Shown piece by piece: positions 21,965-34,610 of a DNA stretch of 64,000 nt. The stretch comes from Mobula hypostoma. Taxonomy: Eukaryota. Each line of letters begins with the position of its first letter. The first letter of the stretch is position 1. Under the pieces are notes generated by a model. That model did no database searches and was not told where the DNA came from. It worked only from the letters and a program-made list of their open reading frames with translations. Location: positions 110,734,001-110,798,000 of the forward strand of contig NC_086107.1 in assembly GCF_963921235.1 (NCBI RefSeq), in the 5' to 3' direction. The position numbers were made by a program, and so were the translations under genes.

Positions 21965-23530
21965 TTCACGATTTGGATGATGGAATTGATGGCTTTGCTG
22001 CAAAGTTCGTAGACGATATGAAGATAGGTGGAGGGGAAGGTAGTTTTGAGGAAGTAGAGAGGCTACAGAAGGACTTAGATTAGGGGAATGGGCAGATGGG
22101 ATACAGTGTTGGGAAGTGTATGGCCATGCACTTTTTAGATTTTGAGACACGCAGTCCTCTTTTATTGTCATTTAGTAATGCATGCATTAAGAAATGATAC
22201 AATATTCCTCTGGTGTGATATCACAAAACACAGGACAGACCAAGACTGAAAAAACTGACAAAACCACATAACTATAACATATAGTTACAACAGTGCAACA
22301 ATACCATAACTTGGTGAAGAACAGTCCATGGCACAGTAAAAAGTTCAAAGTCTCTCAAATGTCCCACATCTCACGCAGACGGGAGAAGGAAGAAAACACT
22401 CCTTGCCATACCCGACCACAGTCCGACTCTGAGTCATCCGAAAACTTCGAGCCTCCGACACTGAGAACCGAGCGCCATCTCTATCTGAACGATTCGACCT
22501 CAATCTCGGTCGCCAGCAGCAGGCAAAGCCGGGGATTTTGAGGCCTTCCCTTCGGAAGATTCTCGATCACGCAGTAACAATAGCAGCGAACTGGCGTTTC
22601 AGAAATTTCTCCAGATGTTCCTCTGTGCTTTCACGTCTGTCTCCATCAAATCAGAATTGTCCACAGCCCCTATTTAACGGAGACAATATCATTTTTACCA
22701 GAAGGCAGCGCGCTGCTCCCTCTCCTCCCTCCATTCTCCTCTCCTTTTGTAGAGGAAATGAAAGGGTTGACTATCTTCTAAATGGAGAGAATATACATAA
22801 AAACTGAGGTGCAAAGGGATTTGGGGAGTCCTTGTGCAGGATTCCCTGAAGGTTAATTTGCAGTTTGAGTCAGTGGTGAGGAAGGCAAATGCAATGTGAG
22901 CATTTATTATAAGAGGACTAGAATGTAAAAACAAATACGTAATGCTGAGGCTTTACTAAGCAGTGGTGAGGTCTCACTTGGAGTATTGTGAGCAGGTTTG
23001 GGCCCATTATGTTAGAAAGGATGTGCTGACACTGGAGATGGTTCAAAGGAGGTTCATGAAAATCATTACTGGATTGAAAGACTTGTCATATGAAGAACGT
23101 TTGATGGCTTTGGCCTGTATTCACTGGAATTCAGAAGAATGAAGGGTGACCTAATTGAAACCTATCGATTGGTGAAAGGCCTTGACAGGGTGGATGTGGA
23201 GAGGATGTTTCCTATAATGGAAGAGTCTAAGACCAGAGGACACAGCCTCAGAATAGAGGGATGTTCTATTAGAACAGAGATAAGGAGGAATTTCATTAGC
23301 CAGAGAGTGGTGAATTTGCAGAACTCTTTGCTACTTGCTGTGGAGGCCAAGTCTTTATGTATATTTAAGGTAGAGGTTGATAGATTCTTGTTTAGTCAGG
23401 GCACGAAGGGATACAAGGAGAAGGCAGGAGATTGGGACTGAGAAGATAATTGGCTCAGCCAAGATGAAATGGCAGAGCAGACTTGATGGACCAAATGGCC
23501 TAATTCTGCTCCTATATGTTATGGTCTTAT
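21965..23530 (+). mobile_element. CR1 LINE RT/3' end split by the 22137-22720 insertion
   Basis: DLDDGIDGFAAKFVDDMKIGG ... MKGDLIETYRLVKGLDRVD..TRGHSLRI. Confidence 0.85.
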
Positions 23531-24532
23531 AGACACAAGAGTGGGGCAAATAAGTCATGTACTTGTCACAGTTTGTGTCGCCGGGGACTGACGGAGGTCA
23601 TATCTTTTGCTGATCACTCAGTAATGCTCAATTATGCTTAGCTTATACTTGGGTATGCTGAAGTTTCATTGCTCCATGATTGTATGTTTGCTAATTGTTA
23701 ATAAAGGATCAAGTGCATAATTTTGACATTTGGAGCAATCATTTTGGAGCGAAGGCGAGTCATAAAAGTATAACAAACCAGCAGGGCTGCTGACAACGGC
23801 AAATGTTTTGGTTTCAGTTTTGACTTGGCTTGGCCGCTACATAGTTCTTAATATAACGCATTGCATTGTATTGCTGCCGCAAAACAACAAATTTCACGCT
23901 ATGTGCCAAGGACATTAAACATGATTTTGATTGTGATTCTCATTTTGAAATTCTAGCCACTATTTGTCTAGCTATCTATCGAGAGTCACAGTCATAGAAC
24001 AGTACAGCACAGGAACAGGCCCTTTGGCCCGTCTAGTCCATGCCAAACTATAATTCTGCCCAGTCCCATCGACCTGCACCTGGACCATAGCCCTCCATGC
24101 TCCTCCCATCCACATTGAAATTGAATCCACGTCCACCTCTTCCACTGGCAGTTCATTCCACTCTCTGAATGAAGAAGTTCCACCTTTTGTTGCCCTTAGC
24201 TACTTCACCTTTCAGCCTTAACCCATGACTTTCAATTCTAGTCTCACCCAACCTCTGTGGAAAAAGCCTGCTTGCATTTACCCTAGCTATACCCCTCATA
24301 CTTTTGTATCCCTCTATCAAATCTCCTCTCAGTCTTCTACGCTCTGGGGAGTAAAGTTCTAACTTATTTCTAGATCTCTTTCCCTATTGATTTTTTTTTC
24401 TCTAGTAAATGCATGTACGTAAGTATGCAGATATTATTTCCACCCATCCTCCTCCCCTGAATAAGGGCCTTTTATATCAATCCTTCTTAACTTTCTTCCA
24501 TTTTTATATAAAAATAGGAATGGATAAAACAA

Positions 24533-26398
24533 TCAGTGGCCACTTTATTAGGTACACCACTACACCGGCTTGCTAAAGCAAATATCTAAACAGCCGATCA
24601 CGTGGCAGCAACTCTATGCATAGCAGAGGTTCAGTTGTTGTTCAGGCCAAACATCAGAATGGCGAAGAAATATGACCTAGGTGGCTTTGACAATGGAGAG
24701 ATTGTTGGTGCCAGATGGGGAGATTTGAATAACTCAGAAACTGCTGATCTCCTGGGATTTTCACACACAATTGGCTTGAGAAACAAAAAATACCCATTGA
24801 GGGGCAGTTCTGAGAGTGAAAATGCCTTGTTAATGAGAGAGGTCAAAGGAGAATAGCCAGATTGGTTCAAGCTGACAGTGACCCAAATAACCATGCATTA
24901 CAACATAGTCATAGTCATAGTCATAGTCATACTTTATTGATCCCGGGGGAGATTGGTTTTCGTTACAGTTGCACCAGAAATAATAAAATAGTAATAAAAC
25001 CATAAATAGTTAATTAGTAATATGTAAATTATGCCAGGAAATAAGTCCAGGACCAGCCTATTGGCTCAGGGTGTCTGACCCTCCAAGGGAGGAGTTGTAA
25101 AGTTTGATGGCCACAGGTAGGAATGACTTCCTATGACGCTCCATGCTGCATCTCGGTGGAATGAGTCTCTGGTTGAATGTACTCCTGTGCCCAACCAGTA
25201 CATTATGTAGTGGATGGGAGACATTGTCCAAGATGGCATGCAACTTAGACAGCATCCTCTTTTCAGACACCACCGTCAGAGAGTCCAGTTCCTTCCCCAC
25301 AACATCACTGGCCTTATGAATGAGTTTGTTGATTCTGTTGGTGTCTGCTACCCTCAGCCTGCTGCCCCAGCATACAACAGCAAACATGATCGCACTGGCC
25401 ACCACAGACTCGTAGAACATCCTCAGCATCGTCCGGCAGATGTTAAAGGACCTCAGTCTCCTTAGGAAATAGGGACGGCTCTGACCCTTCTTGTAGACAG
25501 CCTCAGTGTTCTTTGACCAGTCCAGTTTATTGTCAATTCGTATCCCCAGGTATCTGTAATCCTCCACCATGTCCACACTGACCCCCTGGATGGAAACAGG
25601 GGTCACTGGTACCTTAGCTCTCCTCAGGTCTACCACCAGGTCCTTAGTCTTTTTCACATTAAGCTGCAGATAATTCTGCTCACACCATGTGACAAAGTTT
25701 CCTACTGTAGCCCTGTACTCAGCCACATCTCCTTTGCTGATGCATCCAACTATGGCAGAGTCATCCGAAAACTTCTGAAGGTGACAAGACTCTGTGCAGT
25801 AATTGAAGTCTGAGGTGTAAATGGTGAAGAGAAAGGGAGACAAGACAGTCCCCTGTGGAGCCCCAGTGCTGCTGATCACTCTGTCAGACACACAGTGTTG
25901 CAAGCACACGTACTGTGGTCTGCCAGTCAGGTAATCAAGAATCCATGATACCAGGGAAGCATCCACCTGCATCGCTGTCAGCTTCTACCCCAGCAGAGCA
26001 GGGCCGATGGTGTTGAACGCACTGGAGAAGTCAAAAAACATGACCTTCACAGTGCTCGCTGGCTTGTCCAGGTGGGCGTAGACACGGTTCAGCAGGTAGA
26101 CGATGGCATTCTCAACTCCTAGTCGGGGCTGGTAGGCGAACTGGAGGGGGATCTAAGTGTGGCCTGACCATAGGCCAGAGCAGCTCCAGAACAAGTCTCT
26201 CCAGGGTCTTCATGATGTGGGAGGTCAATGCCACCGGTCTGTAGTCATTGAGGCCATTGTAGTCAACGGCGGTGTGCAGAAGAGCATCTGTGAATGCACA
26301 ACATGTGGAACCTTGAAGTGATGGGCTACAGCAGCGGAAGACTACAAATGTACACCTCGTGAGGTACAAGAGGTACCTAATAAAGTGGCCACTGAGTG
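24533..26398 (+). mobile_element. Non-autonomous Tc1-like element interrupted by a Rex1 LINE
   Basis: ITRs at 24533 (tcagtggccactttattaggtacac) and 26373-26398; HTH remnant MAKKYDLGGFDNGEIVGAR. Confidence 0.85.
24905..26260 (-). mobile_element. Rex1-type LINE, 5'-truncated, with RT domain
   Basis: ORF 25058-25972: GAPQGTVLSPFLFTIYT, KFSDD motif, DUF1891-like C-terminus; (GACTAT)n tail. Confidence 0.92.
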
Positions 26399-26974
26399 TA
26401 CTTCTAAAGAAAAATAAGTCTGATTTGTTGATTCATTTTGCTTAGCCATATCGGGAGGAAAAGTACCAAAGATTTTTCTCAACTGGGGTTCTGTCCAAAT
26501 GCAAATCACTCAATCCACTTTGACAGAGCCAAGCAGAAGCCCAGCAGCCACTTCTCTGAACAGCAGTCTACCCAGCTCCAAATGAAAAGGTCGGTTTATC
26601 TATTGTCAAACCGCGAATCGATGGGAGACCAGGACTTGTGGCCCTGTTATCGGCAGGGGGTGAGTTAAAGCTGCAAAGGCTTCAAAGCTCCAGTACCACA
26701 GAGCCAGCTGTCTCAGTGCTGTGAAACACTTTGACTCGCGTTCCAATCTGAAAGCATATGCCTTGTGAAAGAAGGGTCAGAAAGAAAGGACAGGCATACT
26801 GCCTGGAAAATCACACCTTCTTCCCTTCATTAACACCACAGAGGTTATGAATCCTGAACTATAAACAATATGAGCTGAATGTGAACATTCCTCTCAGTGG
26901 CCACTTTATTAGGTACCTCCTGTACGTAATACAGTGGCCATTGAGTGTTCTGCTGCTATGGCTCAACTGCTTCA

Positions 26975-27690
26975 AGCTTCTCATTATGGGCAATGTGAGA
27001 TCGCTGGGTAATAAAATGGACGAGTTGACGACACTAGCCAGGAGTCAGAGAACATTTCGGAGTGCAGTGTTATGTGTTTCACTGAAACGTGGCTGCATGA
27101 GGACATACCCGACCAAAACGTTTCCATAAAGGGCTTCCAGACTGCTCGGGCTGACTGGAAGTGCACTGAGAGCGGTAAGCGTAAAGGAGGGGGGCTTGCT
27201 GTTCTGATTAGCAACGGATGGTACAATCCTGGTCATATTACGATCAAGGAACGTGTTTGTAGCCCGGATATTGAACTTTTTGCTGTTGGACTCCGGCCAA
27301 ATTATTTGCCAAGGGAAATCTCACATGCAATTGTGGTTGTTGTGTACATCCCTCCCTCTGCCAACCCGACGTCAGGGTGTAACATCATTTACACCGCTGG
27401 GCACAGGAGTACATTCAGCCGGAGACTCATTCCACCGGGATGCAGCGCTGAGCATCATAGGAAGTCATTCCTGCCTGTGGCCATCGAACCTTGCAGCTCC
27501 TCCCTTGAAGGGTCAGACACCCTGGGCCAGTGGGCTGGTCCTGGACTTATTTCCGTCTGGCATGGTTTACATATTATTATTTGATTGTTTGTGATTTTGT
27601 ATTGCTATGTTTGTACTCCGTTCTTGGTTGGTGCAACTGTAACGAAACCCAATTTCCCTCAGGATCAATAAAATATGTCTGTCTATCTAT
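26975..27690 (+). mobile_element. Internally deleted Rex1-type LINE (endonuclease N-terminus fused to 3' end)
   Basis: GNVRSLGNKMDEL..CFTETWL..KGGGLAV..VYIPPSAN joined in frame to GHRSTFSRRLIPP..HRKSFLPVAI. Confidence 0.85.
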
Positions 27691-28044
27691 GACAGCGCAG
27701 GTACAGATTCGTAGTGTGATCTGGTGGATAAGATGTATTCTTGAGCTCACAGTCCGCCTTGTTATGATTTTGCACTTTATGATTTACCTGCACTGCACTT
27801 TCTCTGTAGCTGCTGCACTTTATTCTGCATAGTAATTGTTTTACCTTGTTCTACCTCAATGCACTGTGCTACGGTCAGATCTGTATGAATAGTATGCAAG
27901 GCAAACATTTTACTCAGTACGTGTGACAATAATAAACCATCGAGTAGCACCAGTACCAATGGAGGGAATGTCTGCAGCTAACAAGACATGGTGGCATATA
28001 GGAGGGTGGTAGGGCTACAGTGCCCTGAGCTGTTCAAGGATCAA

Positions 28045-28201
28045 ATATGAAACACAAAAGATTCTGCCAGAGCAACATGCACAGAATGCAGGAGGAACTC
28101 AGGAAGTTAGGTAGCACTCCGATGAAGGGTCGACTGCTTATTCCCCTTCACAGGTGCTGCCTGACTTGCTGAGTTGCTCCAGAATTTTGTCTGTGTTTCA
28201 C
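28045..28201. mobile_element. Fold-back PLE pLTR insertion, older subfamily
   Basis: Inverted arms around the hammerhead remnant 'ccgatgaagggtcgact'; TSD caaggatcaa at 28035-28044 and 28202-28211. Confidence 0.75.
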
Positions 28202-28354
28202 CAAGGATCAAGTGTGATTTCATCTGCTGAAACTGAGCCTACATTTACGATCTTGGGCAGCCTCTGGCTGGGAGCATGAAGATGCGTGAGGGCTCCTCTC
28301 CGAGCCAGGTACTCATGGTAACAAACAAGGTTGATAAGTCTGTATGCAACTCAG

Positions 28355-29147
28355 CATAGCATGGCTCAGTTTGATTGGAATACATTGTGGCTGGTACATT
28401 TTGGTCCAATTAAGCAGCTGCCCCAATTAGCTGAAGTTTCATGGAAATAATTTAAAAAATATAAAAATGACAAAATACCATTTTATATACTTAAATGAAA
28501 TACAGACCAAATTAGAACACTGCCAATAGTACTACAGTACTATAGAGCTGTGTATTAGTTCCTAATAGTTATCGACAGAGGAATTCATCCAGTGTACATA
28601 ATGAACAAAATCAGCACAGACACCAACTGTCTTCTTACAATGACGTCGATGGTTGCAGCCTCCAAATCTTCATTTTCATTCTAACATTCAATTTGATTGT
28701 TGAAACCGTCAAATTCTTCATAGTTTCTAACTTGTTGATGTAGTAAAATCATTTCATTTTCACTCCCAGCTGTTTCTGGCATCTCCAAGCCTGAATGCAT
28801 GAAACCGCAGTGAGCAAAACTGCTCTGAGTTGTCTTGCTGCTTATTTTTCACCAGCTACCAGTGATAAAATTCCCTTCTTTTTGAACACAAAGACGCACA
28901 ACTGACGCTATTTAAAAGCTGTTCGCTCTAAGCACAATGTAGTTTCTAATGGTCACAGAGGAGCACACATCTGACACTAGCTAAAAGCTGTTTGGCAGCA
29001 GTCTCCTGCTCCAGTTAAGCAGCACTGTGTCCCAAATAAACAAAGGGAATCCCAGCGAACTTTTCAATGAGCTTTTGTTCTTTAAGCACTGTCCCAAATA
29101 AGACACTGCCCTGATTAACCGATGGTCCAATTAACCAGAATCCGCTC
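28355..29147. mobile_element. pogo/Tigger-like non-autonomous DNA transposon remnant
   Basis: Terminal 'ggtccaattaaccagaatccgct' and repeated subterminal 'gtcccaaataa' / 'ccaattaa' motifs. Confidence 0.55.
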
Positions 29148-30659
29148 TTATTTGTTTTGTTTGGTGACATTTAATCTGCGCTGTGACCAAGTAGAACAGA
29201 GGATGAACATAGAAGGTGTGTGGCTGGTGCCGAGTGGATTAGGGGAGCCACTCAGAAAAATTCTTCACATAACCCCCCCCCCCGACTTTCTCCTCCAACC
29301 CACTTCCCTCTCACTCAGCCTCCTCCACCTCCACCCTTCTGTGGCATGGACATCCTTTCTTAGATAAGGACACCAAATCTGGAATTAGAATCAGGCTTAT
29401 TATCACTGGCATATGCTGTGAAATTTGTTGTTTTGTGACTGCAGTACAGTGCAATACTGTGTACAAAGCATGATTCTAAATTACAATAATTAATATTAAA
29501 GAAGCAAGCAAAAATAATGAGTTAGTGTTCATGGGTTGAATGTCTGTTCAGAAATTGGATGGCGGAAGGGAAGAAGCTGCTCCTAACAAGTTGAGCATTG
29601 TTCTTCAGGTTCCTGTACCTCCTCCCTGATGGTAATAATGAGAGGGCGTGTTCTGGAGAGCGAGGGTCCTTAATGATGGATGCTGCTTCTCCAGGCATCA
29701 CCTTTTGAAGATGTCCTCCATGCGGGTGAAGCTCGTGCCCGTGATGAAGCTGGCTGTTTACAACCCTCTGCACAACGTTCCAGGTGTGATCTCACCAAGA
29801 CCACACAAGGCTTCCTTCATCCTCTGTTCAAGTCCACTCTTAATAAAGACGAACGTTTGCCCCCTTCATTCCGTGCACGTTGGCTTCTGTACCTTGCGTA
29901 CAGAAACGTCCATGTCTCTCACTACCCAGCCTCTCTCCAGCTAACAAATAGTTCCTTCTTCATGACCTTACTCCTCCTGCCGTGTTCTTGCCACCCACTC
30001 AGTTTGTTCTTTTTACCTGTGACCTACAGGGCATGACAATTAGGGACTTGGGTTATATTCTTCTTTTTGTGTGACTGTATGTTTGAGACCCTCCGTTGAT
30101 TGGGGTCGACCATAGATATTGCGTCCTAACTGTCTACGTGATATGCAAGCCAGGGAAGTACGATATGGAGAGCAAGCTGTTGCCCGTACAGCAGCTCCCC
30201 TTCTCCACAAAGTCGATGAATCCAAGGGAACGGCAGAGATCGGTACATTTTGGGACCAGTGGCTTTGCAGGAGTTGCCAGTCAGTGTTGAACTGCCTTGG
30301 GGACTGGAGTGCAAGACTTTTATCAGATTGGCAGGCTCCTTGCTTTCTGTGATAATGAATGATCGTCTACTCCAGTTCATCACCTCCATTTCCATAAGAC
30401 CATGATTTCTGAGCAGATTTATGCCAGTCCACCCATTGAGTCAGCTCCACCATTCCATCATGACTGATTTATTTTCCCTCTTAGCCCCATTCTCCTGACT
30501 TCTGTCCGTAATCTTTGACACCATTACTAATCAAGAACCTGTCAACCTTCGCTTTAAATATACCCGATGACTTGGCCTCTGCAGCTGTCTGTGGCAATGA
30601 ATTCCACAGATTCACCACCCCCTGGCTGAAGAAATTCCTCCTCATCTCTGTTCTAAAGA

Positions 30660-31075
30660 CTGACTTACCTTCTGTTACACCACAGGCATTTAGGATAGCC
30701 ATAAAAGTCCTCCATCTCTGGCATTGTTCAGGGTTTCCTTCATCGGGTCAGTAGCTTCCTCTCGGCTTTCACCACTGTCAATGATACAAGTCCGAGGTGG
30801 AGACTCAGGAATACCTTCACACTCAGATGCAGAAGGATTCTTCATTGCTGTTTCCATAACAGTTTTGTTTTACCAGTCAGGGTTGTTAGCCCTCAGCTGA
30901 ACTCCTGAACCTGGAGAACTGGTGGACCACTCTCAGTCTGACCTCTACCCTTTGACCTGTTTGGCATGGGTGACCCTACCAACAGCCAAAGCTTAAAGCC
31001 ACGACTCCAGCCAACATAGCTTCCAGCCAGGCGTGCAAGCCTCCAAACCACTACAAGGTTGTGGTCCTCTTGGAA
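30660..31075 (-). mobile_element. Bipartite non-autonomous RTE (Expander/REX3-like 5' UTR plus 3' end); second copy 54495-54835
   Basis: 5' UTR motif 'gggtcacccatgccaaacaggtcaaagggtagagg' joined to an RTE-like 3' end in both copies. Confidence 0.7.
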
Positions 31076-32839
31076 GTATGTTCTAAAGAGATGGCCTTGT
31101 ATCCTGAGGCTGTGCCCCTGGTCCACTACTATAGGAAATACCCTCACCATGTCCACGCTAATAACTCCACTATTATAGGAAATACCCTTACCATGTCCAC
31201 GCTATCTAGGCCTTTCAGTATTCGATAGGTTTCATTGAGGTCTCTCCCCACCCCATATCCTTCTAACTCCAGCAGGTACAGGCCCAGAGCCACCAAATGC
31301 TTCTCATGTGTTAACCCTTTCATTCCCAGGATAATTCTCGTGAACCTCCTCTGCACCCACTCCAATGCCTGCCCATCCTTTCTTAGGTAAGGGGCCCAAA
31401 ACTGCTCACAATACTCTAAGTGTGGTCTGACCAAAGCCTTTTAAAACCTCATCATTAATCCTATGTCCATGGACCCATTTTGTTTATTTATTTATTTAGA
31501 TATACATTGTGGCATAGGCCCCTCCGACCCTTCGAGCCACAATGGCCAGCAGCTCCCAATTTAAACCTAGCCCAATCACAGGACAATTTACAATGACCAA
31601 TTAACCCGCTAATTGGCATGCCTTTGGACTGTGGGAGAAAAGCAGAGCACCCGGAAAAAAACCATGCATTCCGCAGGGTGGGTGTGCAGACGCCTTATGG
31701 AAGACATTGGAATTGAACTCTGAACTCTGACGCCCTGAGCTGTAATTATCATTCGCATTAACCACTACACTACCGTTGATACATACAAGAGCCTGTTGAT
31801 CAAGCTCCTGTGTGGGTCTTTGTGGAACGTCTCATGAAATTCCAAATACACCGCTCCACAAGTTCCCCTTATCTTTTCCAATAATCACTTTGTCGAAGAA
31901 CTCCAGCAGATTAGTTCAACATGATTTTTCTTTTGTTAATCCATGTTGGTTCTGATTAATCCTGCTATTCTTATCATGTGATTTGCTATTACACCCTTCA
32001 TTATAGATTTCATCACTTTTCCTACCGCTGACTAGGTCGTGACCTGTTTTCTCTCTCTTTCACATGTGGGTTGTTGGGATAATTGGCCAGTTGTAATTTG
32101 CTCCTAGTGAAAACACTCGAGTTGACCCGTTCAACGCCAGAGACAAGAAGTTACACACATCACTAGGAAAGCCCGGTAGAGATTGTTCTTCCCACACCAT
32201 CTTAGGAAACTTAACATCTCAGGGCGTATCCTGATGAGTTTTTACTCAACCATCATTGAAAGTGTTGCGACCACCTATATCACCGTTTGGTTTCCCACCA
32301 CCTCCTTCCTCTCCAAGTCCAGGTTACAGCGAGTGGCCCACTCAGCGCAGAAGATTATTGGCTGTCACCTGCCGATATTAAAAGACCGTTTCACTGCCAG
32401 AGCAAAGAAAAGGGCAGAACAAAATCACTGCTTACTTCACCCACCCTAGCAGTCACCCATTCACCAAATTGCCTTCAGGGAGACGCTTACAAGTCTATCA
32501 TCACCAGGATTATACGTCATCTCCAAAGCTTCTTTCCTGTAGCTCTCCAGCTTCTCAACAAAACTCACTCAGGTGTAATACCCTAAATGTCCCTGCTCAA
32601 CATCCGTTAAATGGTCTCTCCTGATCTCCTTGTTCTGTTGATAATTATTGAGTCTGTTCATATGTTCACATTTATTTAAGCTTGTTTAATGACATTTGCA
32701 CATGTAATCGTTCTGCTAATTATTGATTGCTCATGGCTGTTCGCACTGTGGTCTTGTAAATTGTTGGTTGCTATTGTGTTGTCTGTTATGGTATTGTCCT
32801 ACATTTATGCTTGGCACTAGACCACAATCAATTCTGGTA

Positions 32840-34610
32840 TAGACCATAAGACAAAGGAGCAGAAGTCGGCCATTCAGCCCATCGAGTCTGCTCCGCCATT
32901 TTATCATGAGCTGATCTATTCTCCCATTTAGTCCCACTACCCCACCTTCTCACCATAACCTCTGATGCCCTGGCTACTCAGATACCTATCAATCTCTGCC
33001 TTAAATACACCCAATGACTTGACCTCCACTGCTGCCCGTGGCAACAAATTCCACAGATTCACCACCCTCTGGCTAAAAAAATTTCTTCACATCTCTGTTC
33101 TGAATGGGTGCCCTCCGATCCTTAAGTCATGCCCTCTCGTATTAGACTCCCCCACCATGGGAAACAACTTTGCCACATCCACTCTATCCATGCCTTTCAA
33201 CATTCAAAATGTTTCTATGAGGTTCCCCCTCATTCTTCTAAACTCCAAGGAGTACAGTCCAAGGGCGGTCAAACGTTCCTCATATGTTAACCCTCTTATT
33301 CCCGGAATCATTCTAGTGAATCTTCTCTGAACCCGCTCCAACGTCAGCACATCCTTTCTTAAATAAGGAGCCCAAAACTACACACAGTACTCCAAGTGAG
33401 ATCTTACCAGTGCCTTATAGAACCTCAACATCACATCTCTGCTCCTATACTCTATTCCTCTAGAAATGAATGCCAACATTGCATTCGCCTTCTTCACCCC
33501 CGACTCAACCTGGAGGTTAACCTTAAGGGTAACCTGTATGAGGACTCCCAAGTCCCATTGCATCTCAGAACTTTGAATTCACTCCCCATTTAAATAATAG
33601 TCTGCCCGTTTATTTCTTATAGATAATAGACAATAGACAATAGGTGCAGGAGTAGGGCATTCAGCCCTTTGAGCCAGCACCGCCATTTACTGTGATCATG
33701 GCTGATCATCCACAATCAGTATCCTTTTCCTGTCTTCTCCCATTATCCTCTCACTCCGCTATCTTTAAGAGCTCTCTCTAACCCTTTCTTGAAAGAATTC
33801 AGAGAATTGGCCTCCACTGCCTTCTCAGGCAGAGCATTCCACAGAACCACAGCCCTCTGTGTGAAAAAGTTTTTCCTCAACTCCGTTCTAAATGGTCTAC
33901 CCCTTATTCTTAAACTGTGGCCTCTGGTTCTGGACTCTCCCGACATCGGGAACATGTTTCCTGCCTCTAGCGTGTCTAATCCCTTAATAATCTTATATGT
34001 TTCAATCAGATCCCCTCTCATCCTTCTAAATTCCAGTGTATACAAGTCCAGTCGCTCCGATCTTTCAACATATGACAGTCCCACCATCCCGGGAATTAAC
34101 CTCGTGAACCTACGCTGCACTCCCTCAATAGCTAGAATGTCCTTCCTCAAATTTGGAGACCAAAACTGTACACAATATTCCAGGTGTGGTCTCACCAGGG
34201 CCCTGTACAAACTGCAGAAGGACCTCTTTGCTCCTATACTCAATTCCCCTTGTTATGAAGGCCAGCATGCCATTAGCTTTCTTCACTGCCTGCTGTATCT
34301 GCATGCTTGCTTTCAGTGACTGATGTACAAGGACACCTAGATCTCGTTGTACTTCCCCTTTTCCTAACTTGACACCATTCAGATAGTAATCTGCCTTCCT
34401 GTTCTTCCCACCAAAGAGGATAACCTCACATTTATCCACATTAAACTGCATCTGCCTTTCATCTGCCCACTCACCCAGCCTGTCCAAGTCACCCTGCATT
34501 CTCATAACATCCTCCTCGCATTTCACACTGCCACCCAGCTTTGTGTCATCTGCAAAAAGTGTCATCACTTTCTTCTACCAAAGTGCATAACCATACACTT
34601 TCCAACACTG
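32840..34610 (-). mobile_element. Nested CR1 LINE fragments (33620-34560 inserted into another CR1)
   Basis: FADDTKLGG..QFNVDKCEV..LVRPHLEYCVQFWSP..RGDLIETYKI; the host sequence 'tttctt|ctaccaaagtgc' resumes after the insert. Confidence 0.9.

Noticed and set aside
25058..25972. 304-aa RT ORF as a host gene or prokaryotic-type RT system
   Set aside because: One of several near-identical 5'-truncated Rex1-type LINE copies with microsatellite tails
31123..31204. Short tandem duplication of about 38 bp (similar case at 10696-10794)
   Set aside because: Ordinary slippage inside decayed CR1 fragments
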